Assembly (NCBI GenBank): GCA_030390025.1
Contig: JASTWF010000035.1
Coordinates: 1,240,001-1,304,000 of the forward strand
Origin: Squalus acanthias
Lineage: Eukaryota
Direction of reading: 5' to 3'
DNA length: 64,000 nt
Below the pieces are notes generated by a model that worked only from the letters and a program-made list of their open reading frames with translations, searched no databases and was not told where the DNA came from. The translations under genes and the position numbers were made by a program. Below are positions 24,501 to 37,670 of this stretch, one piece after another (the stretch's first letter is position 1; every line of letters begins with the position of its first letter).

Positions 24501-26054
24501 GGCCCAGACGAGATGTATCCCAGGCTGCTGTGTGAGGCAAGGGAGGAGATTGCAGGGGCTCTGACACAAATTTTCAGAACCTCTCTGGCCACAGGGGAGG
24601 TGCCAGAGGACTGGAGAACAGCTAACGTAGTACCATTATTCAAGAAGGGTAGTTGGGATAAACCAGGGAATTACAGGCCAGTGAGCCTAACATCAGTGGT
24701 AGGGAAATTATTGGAAAAACTTCTGAGGGACAGAATTAGTCTCCACTTGGAGATGCAAGGATTAATCAAGGATAGTCAGCATGGCTTTGTCAGGGGGAGA
24801 TCATGTCTGACCAATTTGATTGAATTTTTCGAGGGGGTGACTAGGTGTGTGGATGAGGGTAGTGCAGTTGATGTGGTCGACATGGACTTCAGTAAGGCTT
24901 TTGACAAAGTCCCGCATGGGAGACTGGTCAAGAAGGTAAGAGCCCATGGGATCCAGGGCAGCTTGGCACATTGGATCCAAAATTGGCTTAGTGGCAGGAG
25001 GCAGAGGGTGATGGTCGAAGGTTGTTTTTGTGACTGGAAGTCTGTGTCCAGTGGTGTACCGCAGGGATCGGTGCTGGGTCCTTTGCTGTTTGTAGTGTAC
25101 ATTAATGATTTAGATATGAATGTAGGAGGTATGATCAGTAAGTTCGCAGATGACATGAAAATTGGTGGGCTGGTAAATAGCGAGGAGGGAAGCCTCAGGC
25201 TACAGGACGATATAGACGGGTTGGTCAGATGGGCAGAATAGTGGCAAATGGAATTTAACCCTGAAAAGTGTGAGGTGATGCATTTTGGGAGGACTAACAA
25301 GGCAAGGGAATACACAATGAATGGTAGGACCCTTGGAAGGACAGAGGATCAGAGGGACCTTGGTGTGCATGTACATAGATCCCTGAAGTCAGCAGGACAG
25401 GTAGATAAGGTGGTTAAAAAGGCATATGGGATACTTGCCTTCATTAGCTGAGGCATAGAATATAAGAGCAGGGAGGTTATGATGGAGCTGTACAAAACGC
25501 TAGTTAGGCCACAGCTGGAATACTGTGTGCAGTTCTGGTCGCCACACTATAGGAAGGATGTGATTGCATTGGAGAGGGTGCAGAGCAGATTCACCAGGAT
25601 GTTACCTGGGCTGAAGCGCTTCAGCTATGAAGAGAGACTGGACAGGCTGGGGTTGTTTTCCTTAGAGCAGAGAAGGCTGAGAGGGGACCTGATTGCGGTG
25701 TACAAAATTATGAGGGGCATAGATAGGGTAGATAGAAAGGAACTTTTCCCCTTAGTAGAGGGGTCAATAACCAGGGAGCATAGTTTCAAGGTAAGGGGCA
25801 GGAGGTTTAGAGGGGATTTGAGGAAAAACTTTTTCACCCAGAGGGTGGTTGGAATCTGGAACTCACTGCCTGACAGGGTGGTAGAGGCAGGAACCCTCAC
25901 AGCATTCAAGAAGCATTTAGATGAGCACTTGAAACGCCATAGCATACGAGGCTACGGACCAAGTGCTGGAAAATGGGATTAGAATAGACCGGGCTTGATG
26001 GCCGGCGCAGACACGATGGGCCGAAGGGCCTCTTTCTGTGCTGTATAACTCTAT
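21533..26054 (+). mobile_element. Near full-length CR1 LINE (5' UTR, ORF1, ORF2, 3' UTR), inactivated
   Basis: ORF1 22110-23058 has a CxxC/CxxC zinc knuckle and SGNH esterase (GDSIVR, GTND, DGLHL) with one frameshift. ORF2 ~23180-25982 (APE + RT) has several stops. 3' UTR GGGCCGAAGGGCCT. Confidence 0.93.
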
Positions 26055-26415
26055 GGGGGAAAAATTAGGTCGCGCCCCGTTTGGGGCGCAAATATCGTCT
26101 GGACGCAAAAATTAGCGCCTGGCGCTAATTATCGCCACTGACTGGAAACTTCACTTTTACCGCCCCGGGAGGTGAGTGGAGCGCTAAATCAGGCGCTGCA
26201 CACCTGTCTTAAGGCGCAAAGGCCGAGCAGTGAGGCGCTAACTCTGCGCGCGAGCGCAGCGCAGGTGCTGCCAGTTAGCGAGGGAACACAGACACACTGG
26301 CACCAGCCAGTTCTTAAAGGGGGGGGGGGGGCATCTTGCTCCCCAGCCACACCCTGCTCATTGCAGCCTTGAATCTCGGCCTGGAGAGACCTGTGAATCC
26401 ATTTTGCTGCCAAGG

Positions 26416-28343
26416 ATGGAGAGGGTGAGAGAACGAGCTCAGCGCTTCACCGCGCGGGCCTTGGATGCTCTGGTTGGCACGGTGGAGCGCAGAAGATGTA
26501 TACTCTTCCCTGAGAGTGGCAGGAGGCCTTTGCCACGCGAGTACAGAAGAGTGTGGAGGGAGGTGGCTCAGAGCGTCTCCTCCAGGAGCATGGTGCCCAG
26601 GACCCATGTTCAATGCCGCAAAAAGTTCAACGACCTCACTCGGGTCGTCAGGGTGAGTGGCTTTTTCTCAATACCTCTCCATCCCTCCATCTCAACCTCA
26701 CTCTATGGCCAGAGGGTCTTAAAACCCCAATGCACAACACTCATCCAACACCTATGGCCCTTTCATGAAACACACACACACATTCCACACTTTGCATACA
26801 GTAAGGGCTATTCACCTATGGGAGGCACATCAGGCAAGACCATGGCTGCATACAGTAAGAGCTATTCACCTATGGGAGGCACATCAGGCAAGACCATGGC
26901 TGCATACAGTAAGGGCTATTCACCTATGGGAGGCACATGAGGCAAGACCATGGCTGCATACAGTAAGGGCTATTCACCTATGGGAGGCACATCAGGCAAG
27001 ACCATGGCTGTATATTTACTCAGATGCTGTCCTTTTACTTGCAGGCCAAGCTGGCGCATAATAGGAGACAGCAGCAACGGACAGGTGGAGGGCGGCCTCA
27101 GCTGCAACCCCTCAGCGATCTTGAGGAGCGCGTCCACAGGATTGTGGCAAGCCGGGTGATCGGTCCCGTCGCCACTGGAGACGCTGACCCCGTTCTGGAC
27201 AGCAATGGTAAGGTCATCACCTTTTTGTCCTCTGTCCTTCCACTTGTCCCTCACAACACCAGCATTTGACACTTTCAATCCAACTTGCTAACTCGCTGCA
27301 CTTATTCCTCCCTTACTGCCACCCTGTCCTCACGCTAAAGCCACTCTTGTACCTCCCTGCTTTCAGATGGTGATTCACCAGCTGAGGAGACGGGCCCTGA
27401 AGCTGCCAGTGGGAGTGAAGCTGCAGCCGAGGAGGAAGAGGAAGCAGGAGCATCAGTGCCACCCTCTCCCGAGGAAGCCCATGCCCACACTGGGAACACG
27501 CCTTCCCTGGAGGGGAGCAGGGGGGAAGGGTCTGATGAGGGTGAAGCTCCAGGACCCAGCGGGCTGCAGCAACGCCATGGGGGTAGGGAAGAACGGGGGC
27601 CTTCTCCCCAGAGGGAGAGTATGCCAGCGACTCCTACTGCAATGGACGCAGAGGAGGAGCGGCTGATCGCAGAAATGAACACCCAGGCGGTGGGCATGCA
27701 CACTGAGCTCATGGGTGCAGTGGGAAGGGTGCCCGAATGCATTGAGTCACTGGCAAGGAGTGTGGAGCACTTCGCTGTAGCACAGGCAGATGCCACACTA
27801 ACGCTTAGTGCTGCAATTCAGTCACTGACTGCCGTGATCCCATCTCTGACTGCTCTCATGCAGACTCAGATTGAGGCCACGCGAGCACTGACTGCTGCCA
27901 ACCTCGATGGTTCGTTCACATGTCCCCGGGGCTCTCACCGCGCCGCAGCAGGCCAGCAATCTGTGCTCCAGCAGATTGCTCCGGATGCTGAAGTGCTGCC
28001 CCGTGGGAGTGCCAGTGTGTCGGTCGAGCAGGGAGTTGCTGTCCTCTCTCACGATGACAGCATTCCTGCTGCCAACACTGTCACTTCTCCACTGCACTTG
28101 CCACCGCCTGTAGGACAGACTGCTGCCGCCCATGCAGAGTTGGTGCAGTCTGCAGCCGGGCCCTCCAGGCCCAGAACTGGTCGAGGCTGTCCTTCAGGGG
28201 CATCTGCAGTGTCAGGGTCTGACGATCAGCAGCCTTCCACCAGCCTTGCTGCAGCCACTGAGGTCCCATTACGGAGGAGCAGTAGGGTTAGAAGGGGGGA
28301 AGTGCGCAAGGGAAGGAGATCACCCTCGAAGGGCAAAAAGTAG
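26416..28343 (+). CDS. Harbinger Myb/SANT-like protein, intact spliced ORF of 458 aa (exons 26416-26652, 27045-27207, 27367-28343)
   Basis: WREVA...RTHVQCRKKFNDL and TGGG motifs; gtgagt/gtaagg donors and cag acceptors; 1377 nt with no internal stop. Confidence 0.82.
26794..27009. repeat. 54-bp tandem repeat x4 in Myb-like gene intron 1
   Basis: Unit GCATACAGTAAGGGCTATTCACCTATGGGAGGCACATCAGGCAAGACCATGGCT. Confidence 0.93.
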
Positions 28344-28655
28344 GAGGTGTGACAAAATGCTGGTCATTTTTTTATTAAAGGCCGAGGTTCGTGGTCCAAC
28401 TTTTGTTTAGTGTTTTGGACATTATCTCCAGGTTGTGAGAACCAGTTATGTTAATGACTGTTTTTTTGTGTTTATTTCTATGAGTTTGTCATGAGGAAAT
28501 GACACACACAGAGTTTGTAAAATAAATAAGTTTTTGTATTCAAAATATACATGTTTGGTGTTTGGAATCATTGGTGCCTTGGCCGGCTTAGGGGTTGCGT
28601 GCTGGGTTCATTGATGTTGTTAGCAATGGCAGAAGCCATTTCCACAGCAGGGGCC

Positions 28656-29817
28656 CTAGAAGCGGCTTGCTATCAGCCGTTGACGGACAGCCCTTGCAGT
28701 TTCACCATTGTGGGCCGCCCTCCCGCCTTGGTGCTGCTGATGATCATCCTCCTCGTCCTCTTCCTCCTCTTCCTCCTCCTCCTCTGGTGGTGCTCCAAGG
28801 CCTGGTGGCATTGGCTGGGTCCTGACGATTGCCATGTTATGCAACATGCAGCACACAACTACGAAGTTGGATACTCGCTCAGGCGAGTACTGCAGGGCTC
28901 ATCCAGAATGGTCGAGACAGCGGAACCGTTGCTTCAGCACGCCGATTCTGCGCTCAATGATGTTCCTGGTAGCTTGATGGCTCTCGTTGTACCGCAGCTC
29001 AGCAGGGGTGTTGGGCGTACGGAGCGGTGTCATCAGCCAGGTGCTCAATGGATACCCCTTGTCCCCGAGAAACCCAACCAACTGGCTGATGCGGTGCCTC
29101 GAAAAGTTCTGCCACAGTAGTCTGGCGCAGGATGAAAGCATCGTGGCAGCTGCCAGGATAGTGGGCATTGACAGCGAGTATCAGCTGTCTGTGGTCACAG
29201 ACCAACTGAACATTCAAGGAATGGAACCCCTTTCTGTTCCGGAAATCCTCGGCATTCTCATGTGGAGCACGCAAAGCCACATGCATGCAGTCAATGGCGC
29301 CCTGCACCATGGGGAAGCCCGCTATCCTCGCAAAGCCCATAGCGCGTTCACGCTGCTTGTCTGGGGTCATGGGGAAAGAGATGAACTCTCCTCTCCTTTT
29401 AAAGAGGGCATTTGTGACCTGCCGGATGCAGCAATGCACCGCGAACTGGGAGATATTGGCGAGGTCCCCAGCAGCAGCTTGAAATGAGCCAGTAGCATAG
29501 AAGTTGAGAGCCACTGTGACCTTCACTGCCACCGACAGAGACGTCCTGGACCTCAGTTGAGGCTGCAGATCTGGCTGCAGCAGGTGGCAGAGCTCAGTGA
29601 CCACCTCCTTGCTGAATCGCAGCCTTCGCAAACACAGCTCCTCAGACATATGAATGTAGGAGAGCTGTTCACGATATACCCTGGGAGGGTAAGCTCTCCT
29701 GTACAGACGCCTGTTGGCCCTCCTCCGTCTGGCCATCATTGCCACTCTCTCTCTGCGTCTCTGTGTCCTCCGATTCAGCTGGAGCAGGACGACGCCCCCA
29801 TTCAGTGCAGCCCGCAT
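28656..29817 (-). pseudogene. Harbinger DDE transposase with one frameshift (~29072) and one nonsense codon (28899)
   Basis: [47 protein letters not shown] motifs. Confidence 0.9.
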
Positions 29818-31577
29818 AGTCTCTTTGCAAGCAAAGTTATGAAGGACAGCAACCAAAGTACCAGCGAAGTTAGGATCAGTAGGCAAAACTACCTCACAAA
29901 GCGTTGACTCAATGCAGAAGTCTCTCTTTCTCTCTCTCCGAATCTCTCTCTCTCTCTCAGAACGAGTGGTGCAAAAATGTCAACTACAGAAAAAGACAGG
30001 AAGAGGCCCCCTTTAAATAGCGCCCCCCCCAGCCCTACAGCGATTGATAGCGTTCCAGTCTTCCGGTCGTTGGATGCGCCAGGCGGTAAGGCAGGGGGCG
30101 CCACTCAATTTCCGCTCCGGGGCGCCACAAGGGCGTTGCACCATGGAATGACGTCACAATCTGCGCGCGCAGGTGGTCGCAGCGGTAAGTTTTAGTGCCG
30201 CCGCACAATCTGTAGTTATGTTCCCGAGCGGCGCAAACATCGCTGCGCCCGGGCGTTAGCGGCTTTGCGCCCCATTAGCGCCCTCTTAAGGCGCTAACGG
30301 GAGGCGCAACCAACTGAATTTTTACCCCTATGTTTCTAAACATAACATCTAGAAATTCTTCCAGTACGATAACAGAAAGACAACTAACAAAGGAGAATTA
30401 ATTATGTAAATATAAAGTGAAATAAAAATAGCCACACTTGTAGGAAATGTTCTATAGTCGAAAACCATGAATAGAATTATAGAATTATACAGCACAGAAG
30501 GAGGTCATTTGGCCCATCAGGTCTGTGCCAGCTCTTTGAAGAGCAATGCAATTAGTCCCACTCCCCCATTATTCCCCATAGCCCATCAAAATTCTCCTTT
30601 TCGAGGAAATATCCATTTCCCTTTTGAAAGTTACAATTGAATCTGCTTCCACCACTCTTTCAGGCAGTATATTCCAGATCATAACAACTCATTGTGTAAA
30701 AAAAATCTCATCACCCCTCTGACTTTTTGCCAATTATCTTAAATCTGTGTCCTCTGGTTAACAACCCTCCTGCCACTGGAAACAATTTCACCCTAAAAAA
30801 GGATTCAAAAAAGGGGAGAGAGATAAACCAGGTAACTACAGGCCAGTCAGCCTAATGTCGGTGGTAGGGAAACTTTTAGAGACCATAATCCGGGACAAAA
30901 TTAGTTGTCACTTGGAAAAACATGTGTTAAATTAGCATAGATTTAATAAAAGCAAATCGTGTATGACTAACTTGATTGAGTTCTTTGATGAAGTAATGGA
31001 GAGAGTTGATGAAGGTTGATGCTGTGTATATGGACTTTCAAAAGGCATTTGATAAAGGACCACATAATAGACTTGTTAGCAAAATTGAAGCCCATGGGAT
31101 TAAAGGGACAGTAGCAGCGTGGATACGAAATTGGCAAAGGGACAGAAAGCAGAGAGTAGTGGTGACCAGTTGTTTTTCAGACTGGAGGGAAGTATACAGT
31201 GGTGTTCCCCAAGGGTCGGTATCAGGGTCACTGCTCTTTTTGATATATATTAATGACCTGGACTTGGGTATACAGGGCATCATTTTAAAGTTTGCAGATG
31301 ACACAAAACTTGGAGAATAGTAATCATTGAGGAGGTTAGTAGCAGACTTCAGGAGGACATAGACAGACTAATGAAATGGGCAGGCACATGGCAGATGAAT
31401 TTTAACGCTGTGAAGTGATGCATTTTGGAAAGAAGAATGAGGAGAGGCAATATTAACTAAATGGTACAATATTAAAGAGAGACCCTGAGGTTTGCGTACA
31501 GAAATCTTTGAAGGTGGCAGGAGAAGTTGATAAAGCTGTTAAAAAAAGCATATGTGATCTTTGACTGTATAAATAGA

Positions 31578-31798
31578 CATGATGTGGAGATGCCGGTGTT
31601 GGACTGGGGTGGACAAATGTGAGAAGTCGCACAACACCAGGTTATAGTCCAACAGCTTTATTTGAAATCACAAGCTTTCGGAGCGCTGCTCCTTCGTCAG
31701 GTGAAGTCTTCACCTGATGAAGGAGCAGCGCTCCGAAAGCTTGTGATTTCAAATAAAGCTGTTGAACTATAACCTGGTGTTGTGCGACTTCTCACATC
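31578..31798. mobile_element. Short Penelope-type palindromic insertion (type B)
   Basis: 10-bp TSD TATAAATAGA (31568, 31799); 90-bp inverted arms with a 1-nt spacer. Confidence 0.82.
31710..31746 (+). ncRNA. Minimal hammerhead ribozyme motif (type B); mirror copy on - strand at 31668-31704
   Basis: UCAC-CUGAUGA-A-GGAGC(AGC)GCUCC-GAAAGCUU-GUGA. Confidence 0.65.
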
Positions 31799-31814
31799 TA
31801 TAAATAGAGGCACA

Positions 31815-32735
31815 GGCCGTGAATTTAATGGAGGAGGCAGGATGGGGGCAGGACAGTTGGTTTCCGGGTTCCGGTCCTGCTCCCAGCTGCATCCATTCTG
31901 CAGACGAGATTTCCCCTTGATTGGCCTTGTTAAGCCCGGCCAATTAACAGGAAGCGGGTCTGATGATGTAATTTGATGACACGTCATCAGACGGTTTCCT
32001 TAAAGGGACCACGTCCACATAGAGTTTTGACAGTTGTTCTGTCAGTGTTTGACAGCAATGAGGTGCTGCAAATACTGACAATCACTCCACAAAGGTGAAC
32101 GCTTGCTCCCAGGCTCTCCAATGACTCCCTCCATATGCTTATGGAGGGAGTCACAGCACGCAGGGAGGCTCTCTTCCCTTCCATGGGCGGAAGAGACCTC
32201 CCCAGGACACCAACTTACCTTGCACCTCCACCCAACCCTCGCTATCTACTTTAGCACTTCCCCATCTCACGAGCCACCCCATCTCACTAGCCACCCCTCA
32301 CCCTCATCCTACTGCAAGCATACCAACTAACAACACACAAAGGTAGGCACTTGAGAGGTTTAGTCAATGTCCATGTGAAGTTTCTGGTAATGTGTTGTCA
32401 TACAGTGAAATCTCTTTTTCAAAAAGTGCCCCTTATTGGACAGATCTGAACGCACCTTGAGAACTGTCTTACTGAGTTCCAGTGATTGTTCAGTCATAAC
32501 TCCCCCCTTCCCCCCCACTATAGTGATGCATGTGCATGGAATGGCTTGGACATTAAAGGGATGCTTCACGGTGCTGGTGTGGGATGGTGTCAACCTGGCG
32601 CATCATGTGGCAGCCAGGCTTTACAGCATCAAGTGAAGAAAATCCGGCCATGGTGATGCCTTCGCTGGCCTTCCGGCAAGCAATTTTGTTAAGGGCTGAT
32701 GCCCTGTGTCCAGTGCAGCATCAGGTGATGGCGGC
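31815..32735 (+). mobile_element. Degraded Harbinger end with Myb-like remnant
   Basis: TIR-like GGCCGTGAATTT; APRLSNDSLHMLMEGVTARREALFP is homologous to the other Myb exon 1 copies. Confidence 0.65.
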
Positions 32736-32739
32736 AAAG

Positions 32740-33736
32740 GCTGCAGGAGTTCCTCAGAGCAGTGTCCTAGGCCCAAGCATCTTCAGCTGCTTCATCAATG
32801 ACCTTCCCTCCAACATAAGATCAGAAATGGGGATGTTCGCTGATAACTGCAGTGTTCAGCGCCATTCATAACTCCTCAGATAATGAAGCAGTCCATGCCC
32901 GATTGCAACAAGACCTGGACGACGTTCAGGCTTGGGCTGATAAGTGGCAGGTAACATTCGCGCCACAGAAGTGCCAGGCAATGACTATCTCCAACAAGCG
33001 AGAGTCTAACCACCTCCCCTTGACATTCAACGGCATTACCATTGCCGAATCCCCCACCATCAACATCCTGGGGGTCACCATTGACCAGAAACTTAACTGG
33101 ACCAGCCACATAAATACTGTGGCAACAAGAGCAGGTCAGAAGGCTGGGTATTCTGCGGCGAGTGTCTCACCTCCTGACTCCCCAAAGCCTATCCACCATC
33201 TACAAGGCACAAGTGAGGAGTGTGATGGAATACTCTCCACTTGCCTGGATGAGTGCAGCTCCAACAACACTCAAGAAGCTCGACACCATCCAGGACAAAG
33301 CTGCCCGCTTGATTGGTACCCCATCTACCACCTTAAACATTCACTCCCTCCACCACCGGCGTACCGTGCCTGCAGTGTGTACTATCTACAAGATGCACTG
33401 CAGCAACTTGCCAAGGCTTCTTCGACAGCACCTCCCAAACCTGTGACCTCTACCACCTAGAAGGACAAGGGCAGCAGGCGCATCGGAACACCACCACCTC
33501 CAAGTTCCCTCCAAGTCACTCACCATCCTGACTTAGAAGTATATCGCCGATCCTTCATCGTCGCTGGGTCAAAATCCTGGAACTCCCTCCCGAACAGCAC
33601 TGTGGGAGTACCTTCACCACACGGACTGCAGCGGTTCAAGAAGGCGGCTCACCACCACCTTCTCAAGGGCAATTAGGGATGGGCAATAAATGCTGGCCTT
33701 CCAGCGACGCCCACATCCCGTGAATGAATTAAAAAT
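32740..33736 (+). mobile_element. Second non-LTR family (CR1-superclade), RT C-terminus and 3' UTR
   Basis: GVPQSSVLGP, FAD, WQVTFAPQKC, YKAQVRSVMEYSPLAW; distinct tail GGGATGGGCAATAAATGCTGGCC...TGAATGAA. Confidence 0.8.
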
Positions 33737-33739
33737 AAG

Positions 33740-34500
33740 TTTGCACCTGAACTATCTCTTCCCTGAATGCCCTCTATTGCTCCATTACTGCTTTACCCTG
33801 CAATCGCCTTTTCCAATCTCCCTGTGCTGGGTCCCTTCTTAAATCACTGAAATTAGCTCTTCCCCAGTTGAGCATTTTTACCGTCAATATTTTGTGGTCT
33901 CTTTCCATAATGACATTAAACCGAATGATGTTACTCCTCCTGTAACACACTCCACTTGCCCTACTTCATTTCCCAGAACCAGATGCAACACTGCTTCTTT
34001 CCTTGTTGGACTGGAGATATATTGATTGAGAAAGTTCTCCTGTACACATATCAGAAATTCCTCTCCTTCCCTACGCTTAGCGCTATGTTTTTCCCAGTCT
34101 ATGTTAGGGTAATTAAAGACTCCTAATATTACTGCTCCATTTTTGTTACACGCCTTTGAAATTTGCCGATAAATTTGTTCATCTATCTCCATTTCACTGT
34201 TTGGAGCTCTATAAAAAACTCCCAACAATGTAACAGCTCCCCTCTTTTCCCAAACTCAAGCCAAATAGATTCAGTCCTAGAACCATCTAGTATATCCTTT
34301 CTATTTAGAACTGTAACATAATCCTTAATCAATACTGCCACACCACTCTTTTTTCCTTCTCTCATTCCTGAATACTTGGTAACCAGGAATATTAAGAACC
34401 CATTCCTGGCTTGTTTGAGCCATGTCTGTGAAAGCAACCACTTCATAATCCCATGTAGTAATTTATGCCTGCAGCTCACCAATCTTATTAGTTACAGTAC
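33740..34500 (-). mobile_element. CR1 endonuclease fragment, degraded
   Basis: LGVFYRAPN, FNYPNIDW, SPTRKEAVL. Confidence 0.8.
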
Positions 34501-34548
34501 GAACATTGAGTTGCATGTCTAATCATATCCGTCTCTTCTCCCCTCCAG

Positions 34549-35248
34549 GGCCATCACTCAAAGAAAATGAGCCCCTGCCCTGAGATGAAGATGACTCGTT
34601 CATGCTGAGGGTACACCGTCACAGGACACATGCATTGAAGGCACCAATGCAGATATGAGCACATTGTTGGGACCTCTTAGACAGTTAGGTGGGATGTCAC
34701 GAGGTGAATTGCATGTCACAAGTGAACATGAGCAGAGAGTGGTGGCAGAAACAGCTGTGGAGAGTCCACGTTCGAGGGCACAGTCCTCTCCAAGCTCTGC
34801 TCAGCTGGACAGAGATGCTGAACTCGTGGGGGCATCAATGAAAAGGAGAATGATAGAGCGTTAGCAGTCCTGCCAGGCACACTTTGAACAATGTCACAGA
34901 GGATGGAGGAGTCCGGCCCAAACATTTGTGGAGTGATGTCGCAGGCCCTTTCAAAGATACAATTTTCCATTGATAGTCTGGCTGCCTCTATGGAAGTTGA
35001 ATCATGGCGCACAATGATTCCACGCAGGCCCAGACGGTGCTTTGTCCGCCAACATGTCTACCGGCTTCCACATGCTGGCAGATAGATTAGACATGGGCTT
35101 CTAAGGCTTCACTGATCTCCTCCAAGCTGCTCTCCTGCCTAGACACAGGAGTGATATTCCGCTGTCCTAGGAGAGGGAGGATGCAGATAAGGGAGATGAA
35201 AGTGCGTACACGTCTCAAAGTTTATTCACCCCGCTCAACCAACACCCG
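34549..35248 (+). pseudogene. Harbinger Myb-like gene last-exon remnant
   Basis: ETAVESPRSRAQSSPSSAQL and RMEES are homologous to 14407-13632(-). Confidence 0.65.
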
Positions 35249-35249
35249 A

Positions 35250-37670
35250 CAGGGAAATCGTGTTTGACAAACCTACTGGAGTTTTTTGAGGATGTAACTG
35301 GTAGAATAGATAAGGGAGAACAAGTGGATGTGGTGTATTTGGATTTTCAGAAGGCCTTTGATAAAGTACCACACAAGAGGTTAATGTGCAAAATTAAAGC
35401 ACATGGGATTGGGGGTAATATACTGGCATGGATTGAAAATTGGTTAACAGACAGGAAACAGAGAGTAGGAATAAATGGGTCTTTTTCGGGGTGGCAGGCG
35501 GTGACTAGTGGGGTACCGCAGGGATCAGTGCTTGGGCCCCAGCTATTCACAATATATATCAATGATTTGGATGAGGGAACCAAATGTAATATTTCCAAGT
35601 TTGCTGACAACACGAAACTAGGTGGGATTGTCAGTTGTGAGGAGGATGCAAAGAGGCTTCAAGGCGATTTAGACAAGTTGAGTGAGTGGGCAAATATATG
35701 GCAGATGCAGTATAACGTGAATAAATGTGAAGTTATCCACTTCGGTAGGAAAAACAGAAAGGCAGACCATACGTTAACTCTGTTTCTCTCTCCACGGATG
35801 CTGCCTCGCCTGCTGAGTTTTTCCAGCGTTTTCTGTTGTTATTTCGGATTTCCAGCATCTGCAGTATTTTGCTATCTTATTTAAATGGTGATAGATTGGG
35901 AAATGTTGATGTACAGAGGGACCTGGGTGTCCTTGTACACCAGTCACTGAAAGCAAACATGCAGGTGCAGCAAGCAGTTAGGAAGGCAAATGGTATGTTG
36001 GCCTTCATTGCAAGAGGATTTGAGTACAGGAGCAAGGATGTCTTACTACAGTTATACAGGGCTTTGGTGAGACCACACCTGGAGTACTGTGCGCAGTTTT
36101 GGTCCCCTTACCTAAGGAAGGATATACTTGCCATAGAGGGAGTGCAGCGAAGGTTCACCAGACTGATTCTGGGATGGCAGGACTGTCGTATGAGGAGAGA
36201 TTGGGTCGACTAGGCCTGTATTCACTAGAGTTTAGAAGAATGAGTGGGGATCTCATTGAAATGTATAAAATTACATAGAAACATAGAAGATAGGAGCAGG
36301 AGCAGGCTATTCGGCCCCTCGAGCCTGCTCCGCCATTCGATGAGATCATGGCTGATCATCCAAACTCAGTACCCTGTCCCTGCCTTCTCCCCATATCCCT
36401 TGATCCCTTTAGCCTTAAGAAATATATCTAACTCCTTCTTGAATATATTTACTGACTTGGCCTCAACTGCCTTCTGTGGTAGAGAATTCCACAGGTTCAC
36501 CACTGTCTGGGTGAAGAAATTCCTCCTCATCTCTGTCCTAAATGGCTTACCCCTTATCTTTAGACTGTGACCTCTTGTTCTGGACTCACCCGCCATCGGG
36601 AACATCCTTCCTGCATCCAGTCTGTCTAGCCCTGTTAGAATTTTATAAGTTTCAATGAGATCTCCTCTCGTACATCATTCCTGCCATCCCAGGTATCAGA
36701 CTGGTGAATCTTCGCTGCACACCCTCCATGGCAAGAACATCCTTCCTCAGATAAGGCGACCAAAACTGCACACAATACTCAAGGTGTGGTCTCACCAAGG
36801 CCCTGTACAGCTGCAGCAAGGCATCCTTGTTCCTGTACTCAAACCCTCTCGCTACGAAGGCCTACATACTATTTGCCTTCTTAACCGCCTGCTGTACCTG
36901 CATGCTTACCTTCAGTTTTGGTGTCCATACTTAAGAAAAGATATACTTGCTCTCGAGTCAGTACAAAGAAGGTTCACTCGGTTAATCCTGGGGATGAGGG
37001 GATGGACATATGAGGAGAGGTTGGGTAGTTTGGGACTCTACTCATTGGAGTTCAGAAGAATGAGAGGCGATCTTATTGAAACATATAAGATTGTGAAGGG
37101 GTTGGATCGGGTGGATGCGGGGAGGATGTTCCCGATGATGGGTGAAACTAGAACTAGGGGGCATAGTCTTAGAATAAGGGGGTGCTCTTTCAAAACTGAG
37201 ATGAGAAGGAACTACTTCACTCAGAGGGTGGTAGGTCCATGGAATATGCTGCCCCAAAAAGCTGTAGAAGCTACATCATTACATAAATTTAAAACAGAAA
37301 TAGACAGTTTCCTAGAAATAAAGGGAATTAAGGGTTACGGGGAGCGGGCAGGAATTTGGACATGAGTCTAGGTTCGGATCGGTCATGGCCCTGTGGGTAG
37401 CGTAGCGGGCCCAGGGGCCGTGTAGCCTGATCCTGCTCCTATTTCGTGTGTCCAATTCTGTTAGGTTCAGGAGATGGTTCTGTGATAGTAGATTGGCGGT
37501 TAGGATCAGATCAGCCATGATCTTATTGAATGGCGGAGCAAGCTCGAGGGGCCAATTGGCCTACTCCTGCTCCTATTTCTTATGTTCTTATGTAGGATCA
37601 GCCATGATTATATTGAATGGCGGAGCAGGGTCGAAGGGCCGAATGGCCTACTGCTGCTCCTATTTTTCTA
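35250..37670. mobile_element. Cluster of nested CR1 fragments on both strands, with a Penelope terminal piece at ~35770-35873
   Basis: RT motifs and several stacked CR1 3' UTRs. Confidence 0.85.

Larger units (their letters stand above)
26055..30328. mobile_element. PIF/Harbinger DNA transposon #2 (complete, young)
   Basis: TIR GGGGGAAAAATT / AATTTTTACCCC; TSD TAT; inserted in the CR1 tail; two convergent genes. Confidence 0.94.
30470..31814. mobile_element. CR1 fragments: 3' end (-, 30470-30795) and degraded RT (+, 30797-31814)
   Basis: 3' UTR tail; [18 protein letters not shown] motifs. Confidence 0.82.

Noticed and set aside
28656..29886. Domesticated host HARBI1 gene
   Set aside because: Bounded by TIRs and TSD, disrupted, and present as several paralogous copies in the window; it is a transposon.
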